The position numbers and the translations under genes were made by a program. Under the pieces are notes generated by a model. The model saw only the letters and a list, made by a program, of their open reading frames with translations. It had not been told where the DNA came from and did no database searches. This document shows, piece by piece, positions 26,366-32,000 of a stretch of DNA of 32,000 bases; the stretch's first letter is position 1; each line of letters opens with the position of its first letter. Source of the DNA: an uncultured Erysipelotrichaceae bacterium (GTDB lineage Bacteria > Bacillota_I > Bacilli_A > Erysipelotrichales > Erysipelotrichaceae); contig CAYNZZ010000002.1 of the NCBI GenBank assembly GCA_964401865.1, positions 86,333-118,332 of the forward strand, in the 5' to 3' direction.

Positions 26366-27193
26366 ATGACATTTGATTCTTTTGCAGAAAATTATTTTGA
26401 TTCACTTCCTAGTAATAAGATTACCGAAGCGATGAAATATGCCTTCATTGGTGGCAAACATTTCCGTCCTGAACTTATTTTTTCCATTGTAAAAGGATTT
26501 AGAATAAGTGAAAGCGAAGCTTATGATGCTTCTTTAGCTTTAGAAATGATTCATACATATTCTTTGATTCATGATGATTTGCCATGTATGGATGATGATG
26601 ATTATAGAAGAGGTAAACCATCTGTTCATGTAGCTTATGGTGAAGATATAGCTGTTTTGACCGGAGATGCTTTATTGACTGAAGCATTTAATGTGATCTC
26701 TAAAAGTTCTTATAGCAATGAATTAAAAAATAAGATTGTGTCCGTTTTAGCAACTCAAGCTGGAGTTAATGGAATGGTTTATGGTCAATTGTTAGATTTG
26801 ATGCATGAAAACGATGATAAAATTGATCAAATGACCTTAGATTTGATACAAGATTATAAAACCGGAGCATTGTTTAAAGCGGCACTATTTATCGGAATGT
26901 ATATCAGTGGTGATGATAAAAATATTGAATTTTATGACAAATTAGCTATTAGTATAGGAAGAATTTTTCAGATTCAAGACGATTTATTTGATATTATAAA
27001 AAGCAGAGAAGAGCTAGGAAAAAGTCAAAGCGACTTAGCTAATCACAAAGCAACAATATTTAGCCTATATACAATTGATGAAATTCGGGATAGACTTAAA
27101 AAAGAATTTGATAAGATATATGCTTTTGTAAATGGTCAATCATTTGATACAAGCTATTTAATAAATGTATTAAAGAGGATGGAAACAAGATGA
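26366..27193 (+). CDS. ispA: (2E,6E)-farnesyl diphosphate synthase (short-chain trans-prenyltransferase)
   Basis: The first Asp-rich motif with the bacterial 2-residue insertion (HTYSLIHDDLPCMDDDDYRRGKP) has an aromatic Tyr five residues before DD, which indicates a C15 product. The second Asp-rich motif is FQIQDDLFD. Confidence 0.85.
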   Translation: MTFDSFAENYFDSLPSNKITEAMKYAFIGGKHFRPELIFSIVKGFRISESEAYDASLALEMIHTYSLIHDDLPCMDDDDYRRGKPSVHVAYGEDIAVLTGDALLTEAFNVISKSSYSNELKNKIVSVLATQAGVNGMVYGQLLDLMHENDDKIDQMTLDLIQDYKTGALFKAALFIGMYISGDDKNIEFYDKLAISIGRIFQIQDDLFDIIKSREELGKSQSDLANHKATIFSLYTIDEIRDRLKKEFDKIYAFVNGQSFDTSYLINVLKRMETR

Positions 27194-29067
27194 CTTTTAA
27201 TATTAAGGAAATTAAAAATCCAGATTTTTTAAGAGGTTTAGAACCAGAAGAAATGCAATTACTTGCTGATGACATCAGATTCTTTTTGATTAATTCAATC
27301 TCTAAGACTGGTGGCCATTTAGCAAGTAATTTAGGAGTTGTTGAATTGACGATTGCTTTACATTATGTATTTGATTTTAAAAAAGATAAATTATTATTTG
27401 ATGTCGGACATCAATCATATACTCATAAAATACTGACAGGTAGTGCTAAGGAGTTTGATACACTGCGTAAGTTTAATGGTTTATCAGGTTTCCAAAAACG
27501 TAAAGAAAGCATTTACGATTGTTTTGAAGCAGGCCACTCCTCAACATCATTAAGTGCAGCTTTAGGCATGGCAGTGGCAAGAGATTTAAAAAACGAAGAT
27601 TATGAAGTTGTACCAGTAATTGGCGATGGTGCACTTTTGTCAGGCATGGCTTTGGAGGCTCTTAATAATATTGGTTATAATAAAAAGAAAGTCATTATCG
27701 TTTTCAATGATAATGATATGTCTATTAATCATAATGTCGGAGCAATTTCTAAAGGCTTTTCTAATTTGCGCAATTCTAAGCAATATAATGATTTAAAAGC
27801 TGATGTAAAAGAGTTTTTAAAGAAGAATAAAAAACATGGGCAATCAATGATTCAAGCCATTTCGGATATTAAGAATTCTATTAAATCACAAGTGGTCGAT
27901 TCTGGAATCTTCAAAGAATTTAACTTAGATTATCACGGGCCGGTAGATGGTCACAACATAAAAGAAATCATCAGAGCATTACAGGTAGCCAAAGAAAATG
28001 ATGATCCTTGTATCGTGCATGTCATTACAAAAAAAGGAAAAGGATATGAGTATTCGGAAGGAGATTTTACAGGCTATTGGCATGGCGTTGGTCCTTTTAA
28101 TATTGAAACAGGTAAATCATTAATCGAGGTGCCTAAAAACTATAAATCTTATTCAAAAGTGGTTGCTGATACAGTTGAACATTTAATGTTTAATCAAGAT
28201 AATATTGTTGCTATCACTCCTGCGATGATGGCAGGATCAAAACTCGAAAATATCTTCGCGCATTTTCCCGATCGTAGTTTTGATTGCGGTATAGCAGAAG
28301 AACACGCTGTAACATTTGCGGCAGGATTGGCATTAAATGGTATGCGTCCATTTGTATCTATTTACTCTTCATTCTTACAGCGAGCATATGACCAAATGAA
28401 TCACGATGTCTGTCGTATGGATTTACCAGTTGTTTTTGGAATCGATAGGGCCGGATTGGTTGGCGATGATGGCGAAACACACCATGGAATTTTTGATATT
28501 TCATATTTGCGTTCAATTCCTAATATTATTTTGTCACAAGGCAAAGATCCACTTGAAATCGAAAGATTAATTTATACAGGATTTAATCAAAATCATCCAT
28601 TTGCTGTCAGATATCCTAGAGGTTCGGCTAATTATAATGGAAATATTAAAAAATTAGAAATAATTAAAATAGGAACTTGGGAATGTTTATTAAACAATAA
28701 TACAGCTAGGGCCACAATATTGAGCTATGGTAGTGATGTGCTAGAAATTACTGATCTTGTTAATGAAAATAATTATAATTATAATGTCATCAACTGTCGT
28801 TTCTTTAAACCTATTGATGAAAAAATGATTGACGAATTGGTTAAATTAAATAAACCGGTTTTTGTATATGAAGGCGATATTATGATCGGTGGATTATCAG
28901 ACGCCATAAGCGAATACTTAATCAAGAGTAATCAAGTATTGGATATGCATGTTTGCGCTATACCGGATTTATACCCACAGCAAGGAAGTAATAAGCAGAT
29001 AAGAGAAAATCTAAATATTGATATTAAAAGTTTTATTAAGGAGATCGAAGACAAGATAAATGCTTAA
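27190..29067 (+). CDS. dxs: 1-deoxy-D-xylulose-5-phosphate synthase
   Basis: GGHLASNLGVVELT, DVGHQSYTHKILTG, the ThDP motif IGDGAL...NDN and AEEHAV are present, and the length is 625 aa. Confidence 0.95.
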   Translation: MTFNIKEIKNPDFLRGLEPEEMQLLADDIRFFLINSISKTGGHLASNLGVVELTIALHYVFDFKKDKLLFDVGHQSYTHKILTGSAKEFDTLRKFNGLSGFQKRKESIYDCFEAGHSSTSLSAALGMAVARDLKNEDYEVVPVIGDGALLSGMALEALNNIGYNKKKVIIVFNDNDMSINHNVGAISKGFSNLRNSKQYNDLKADVKEFLKKNKKHGQSMIQAISDIKNSIKSQVVDSGIFKEFNLDYHGPVDGHNIKEIIRALQVAKENDDPCIVHVITKKGKGYEYSEGDFTGYWHGVGPFNIETGKSLIEVPKNYKSYSKVVADTVEHLMFNQDNIVAITPAMMAGSKLENIFAHFPDRSFDCGIAEEHAVTFAAGLALNGMRPFVSIYSSFLQRAYDQMNHDVCRMDLPVVFGIDRAGLVGDDGETHHGIFDISYLRSIPNIILSQGKDPLEIERLIYTGFNQNHPFAVRYPRGSANYNGNIKKLEIIKIGTWECLLNNNTARATILSYGSDVLEITDLVNENNYNYNVINCRFFKPIDEKMIDELVKLNKPVFVYEGDIMIGGLSDAISEYLIKSNQVLDMHVCAIPDLYPQQGSNKQIRENLNIDIKSFIKEIEDKINA

Positions 29068-30703
29068 AAGACTAAGAATAAAGAATTATGCAATCATTGA
29101 TGATTTAAGTATTGATTTTTGTAATGGATATACTGTTTTCACCGGTGAAACTGGAGCTGGCAAATCTATCATTGTCGGCGCTTTGTTGTGTCTTAAAGGA
29201 GGCAGAGCTGATACCTCATTTGTTAAAACAGGAGAACAGAAAGCCGTTATTGAAGGTGTTTTTGAAACGAATAATAAAATTAAAAAAATATTAGATGAAA
29301 AAGATATTGAAACCGAAGATGATCAAATAATAATACGACGCACAATTACTAAAGAGGGTAAAAGTAGCATACATATTAATGATAATAGTGTTACTTTAAG
29401 TTTTTTAAATGAATTGTTTAGCGATGATATCGATATACATTCACAAAAAGAAAATGCCTATCTTTTAAACAGCAAACGTCATTTATCGCTTCTTGATGCT
29501 TATGCAGATGATAAAGAAGAATATAGCGACTACTTGAAGGCGTATGAATGTTACTTCAAACGTAAAAAAGCCCTCGAGAAGTTTTTGAATAAAGATAATA
29601 ATATAAATGACTTAGATTACTGCAAGTTTTCTTTGAATGAAATTGAATCAGCGAATTTGTCGATTGAAGAAGAAATAGAATTACAAGAAAAAGAGCGAAA
29701 ATTTAAAAATCTTCAAAAGAATATGCAATCATATCAAGAAATTATTTCATTATATGAAAACGATCACGGACTTAAGGAACTTCTCTTCGATTTAAAAAGA
29801 GCAGTGGGCGATAACGAAGATTTACATGATGTTTTCGAGAAGATAAATGATATTTATTATGGACTTGAAGAAGAAATGATAAATATCAAATCATATTATG
29901 AATCATATGAGATAAGTGAAGAAGAAATCAATCATATCGAAGAACGTCTATATGTTATTAATAAACTTAAACGAAAGTATAAGCTTGATATAGAAGGGAT
30001 ATTGAATTACAAAATTGAATTAGAAGAAAAAATCACTCAATTTGAAAATAGGGAAAGCTACATTATCAATGAAGAAAAAGAAATTGCCAAATTAAAGAAA
30101 ATCGCTAGTGATTTAGCTTCTAAACTATCTATTCATCGAAAGAAAAAGGCAATTGTTCTAGAAAATGAAGTAATAAATGAATTAAATGACTTATTATTAA
30201 ACAATGTTCAATTTAAAGTTTCCTTTAACAGCAAAGAACTAAGCAATAATGGTGTTGATGATGTAGAGTTTTTGATATCCTTAAATAAAGGCGAAGATTT
30301 AAAACCACTCGCAAAAGTAGCTAGCGGAGGAGAAATATCGCGTGTTATGCTAGGACTAAAAGTCATTTTCACAAGACTTAATAATACATCGCTTGTAGTG
30401 TTTGATGAAATTGATAATGGCGTTAGCGGTCAAGTAGCTTTTATAGTAGGAAAAAAGATGCATGAGATATCTTCTTATTGTCAAGTTTTAACAATAACAC
30501 ATTTGGCGCCAGTCGCAGCTTTTGCATCTAAACATTTATTTATATACAAAAATGATGATAGCGGTAAAACAAGTACTCATATTAGGGAATTAGATGATAA
30601 TGAACGAATAAATGAATTGGCAATGATTTCTTCATCGATGGTTAATTCACAAACCAAAGCGGCTGCTTTAGAGTTAAGAGAAAGAGCAAAACAATGCAAA
30701 TAA
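29060..30703 (+). CDS. recN: DNA repair protein RecN
   Basis: The N-terminal Walker A (FTGETGAGKS), a long coiled-coil middle section, and the C-terminal ASGGEISRVMLGLK signature plus VFDEIDNGVSG Walker B are present. Confidence 0.9.
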   Translation: MLKRLRIKNYAIIDDLSIDFCNGYTVFTGETGAGKSIIVGALLCLKGGRADTSFVKTGEQKAVIEGVFETNNKIKKILDEKDIETEDDQIIIRRTITKEGKSSIHINDNSVTLSFLNELFSDDIDIHSQKENAYLLNSKRHLSLLDAYADDKEEYSDYLKAYECYFKRKKALEKFLNKDNNINDLDYCKFSLNEIESANLSIEEEIELQEKERKFKNLQKNMQSYQEIISLYENDHGLKELLFDLKRAVGDNEDLHDVFEKINDIYYGLEEEMINIKSYYESYEISEEEINHIEERLYVINKLKRKYKLDIEGILNYKIELEEKITQFENRESYIINEEKEIAKLKKIASDLASKLSIHRKKKAIVLENEVINELNDLLLNNVQFKVSFNSKELSNNGVDDVEFLISLNKGEDLKPLAKVASGGEISRVMLGLKVIFTRLNNTSLVVFDEIDNGVSGQVAFIVGKKMHEISSYCQVLTITHLAPVAAFASKHLFIYKNDDSGKTSTHIRELDDNERINELAMISSSMVNSQTKAAALELRERAKQCK

Positions 30704-31596
30704 ATGATGCTTTTGATGATTATTATAAGTATTTGACTATTTCTAGCGGAAAAAGTAAGGCTACTATTAGTTCATATAAGCAGGATTTAACAAAATATCA
30801 AAGTTTTTTGCATAATATGGGCATTAATAATGTTGAAGATATCAATTCTAAACATTTGATTACTTTTGTTAATGATTATTCAAGTTGTAAGAGTCAAAAT
30901 TCAATCAACAGAATTAAGTCATCTATTCGTCAATTTCATCGTTATTTGACTTTTAAATATGATTTTAAAGATGTTTCAGCATATATCCAATCGCATAAAG
31001 TCGAACATCGATTACCAGTATATTGTACAAGTAGCGAGATAGAACAATTAATGGGTTATTTTGGTAATGGATATAAAGATATCTTAGACCATGCTTTGTT
31101 AGAAATAATATATGGATGTGGTTTAAGAGTTAGTGAGTGTTGCAATCTTTTAACAAGTCAAGTTAACTTAGAGGAAGGTTTTATTAAAGTTTTAGGAAAA
31201 GGTGGAAAAGAAAGGCTTGTTCCAATACCCAATGAAACATTATTACAATTAAAAGAATACCATAATATTAGGTCACTATGGTTAAAAGGCAAAAATAATT
31301 ATTTTTTTATTAATAATAAATCTAAAAAAATATACCGTCAGTATATCGATAATTTAATAAATAAAATAAAGATTGAACTCGGCATTAAAAAAAATATTAC
31401 CCCTCATAAATTGCGACATTCTTATGCAACTCATCTTTTAGAGGGTGGAGCTGATCTTAGAACAATTCAGGAATTATTAGGGCATAGTTCGATTTCAACT
31501 ACTGAAATATACACTCATGTTGCAAATAAACATTTAAAAGATACATATTTAAACTGCCATCCAATGGCAAGAAAGGATGATGACAATGAAAAATAA
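30694..31596 (+). CDS. xerD: Tyrosine site-specific recombinase XerD (chromosome dimer resolution)
   Basis: It has an N-terminal SAM-like core-binding domain and the catalytic residues in GLRVSE, HKLRHSYATHLL and LGHSSISTTEIYTHV. Its position between recN and deoB matches the Bacillus ripX-drm arrangement. Confidence 0.85.
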   Translation: MQINDAFDDYYKYLTISSGKSKATISSYKQDLTKYQSFLHNMGINNVEDINSKHLITFVNDYSSCKSQNSINRIKSSIRQFHRYLTFKYDFKDVSAYIQSHKVEHRLPVYCTSSEIEQLMGYFGNGYKDILDHALLEIIYGCGLRVSECCNLLTSQVNLEEGFIKVLGKGGKERLVPIPNETLLQLKEYHNIRSLWLKGKNNYFFINNKSKKIYRQYIDNLINKIKIELGIKKNITPHKLRHSYATHLLEGGADLRTIQELLGHSSISTTEIYTHVANKHLKDTYLNCHPMARKDDDNEK

Positions 31597-32000
31597 ACGT
31601 GTATTCCTAATTGTAATAGACTCGCTTGGTGTAGGAAGCGAAGAAAGCTCTTCAAACTACGGTGATGAAGGTGCAAATACTTTAAAACATATTTTTGAAG
31701 CTACTAAAGGTCAATACAAGATTCCTAATCTTCAAAAACTTGGATTATGTAATTTAACTCATGTGGAAGGAAACGAAGCTGTAATGCCTTGTAATGCCTA
31801 TATCACAACTTTAAAGGAGAAATCAATAGGTAAAGATACTATGACAGGGCATTGGGAAATAATGGGTGTTTTAACAACCAAACCATTTATTACTTTTACT
31901 GATACAGGTTTCCCAAAAGAATTAGTTAATGAATTAGAACTAAAGTCAGGTCATAATTTTATCGGTAATTGTAGCGCATCCGGAACAGAAATAATTAAAG
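31586..32000 (+). CDS. deoB: Phosphopentomutase, N-terminal part; 3' end lies outside the window
   Basis: My hand translation gives MKNKRVFLIVIDSLGVGSEE...GKDTMTGHWEIMG...GFPKEL...ASGTEI, which is collinear with Bacillus Drm. It overlaps xerD by 11 nt. Confidence 0.85.
   Translation, partial: MKNKRVFLIVIDSLGVGSEESSSNYGDEGANTLKHIFEATKGQYKIPNLQKLGLCNLTHVEGNEAVMPCNAYITTLKEKSIGKDTMTGHWEIMGVLTTKPFITFTDTGFPKELVNELELKSGHNFIGNCSASGTEIIK

Noticed and set aside
30694-31596. The tyrosine recombinase as a marker of an integrated mobile element or phage.
   Set aside because: It has the XerD-type N-terminal domain and sits in the conserved recN/xerD/deoB housekeeping context. There are no flanking repeats, no tRNA attachment site and no phage or transposon genes.

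Overview
This is an AT-rich chromosomal core region (roughly 30% G+C by eye, not computed) from a low-GC Gram-positive-type bacterium, either Bacillota or a Mollicutes-related lineage. It uses genetic code 11, not 4, because TGA terminates rsmE, the VanY-like gene and ispA. I can support 36 CDS (two truncated by the window edges), 2 tRNAs, several intrinsic terminators and a few promoter candidates.

Gene order repeatedly matches Bacillus-type synteny: rsmE-mtaB...rpsU...phoH; murI...rdgB/yfcE; infC-rpmI-rplT; lspA-rluD; nusB-xseA-xseB-ispA-dxs-recN; and xerD-deoB. I see no CRISPR array, IS or transposon, prophage, toxin-antitoxin or defence genes. I also see no convincing new multi-gene system, so this reads as ordinary housekeeping DNA.

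The points most worth a second look are:
1. An intact 488-aa MurE-fold ORF in which every catalytic Mur-ligase motif I can place is replaced.
2. A VanY/LdcB-like peptidase that also lacks key catalytic residues, sitting next to an intact glutamate racemase.
3. A recurring TATAAT-N6-ATG geometry at first genes that lack a Shine-Dalgarno (SD) sequence, which suggests leaderless mRNAs.
4. A TSCPD/4-Cys gene whose first conserved Cys lies upstream of its only ATG.
5. A heterodimeric ABC exporter with one degenerate ATP site.
6. An infC gene with an ATT start and a candidate L20-type leader.
7. A tRNA-Glu(CUC) lying next to gltX.

All family assignments come from reading motifs in the translations against remembered family signatures. 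No database search was run.
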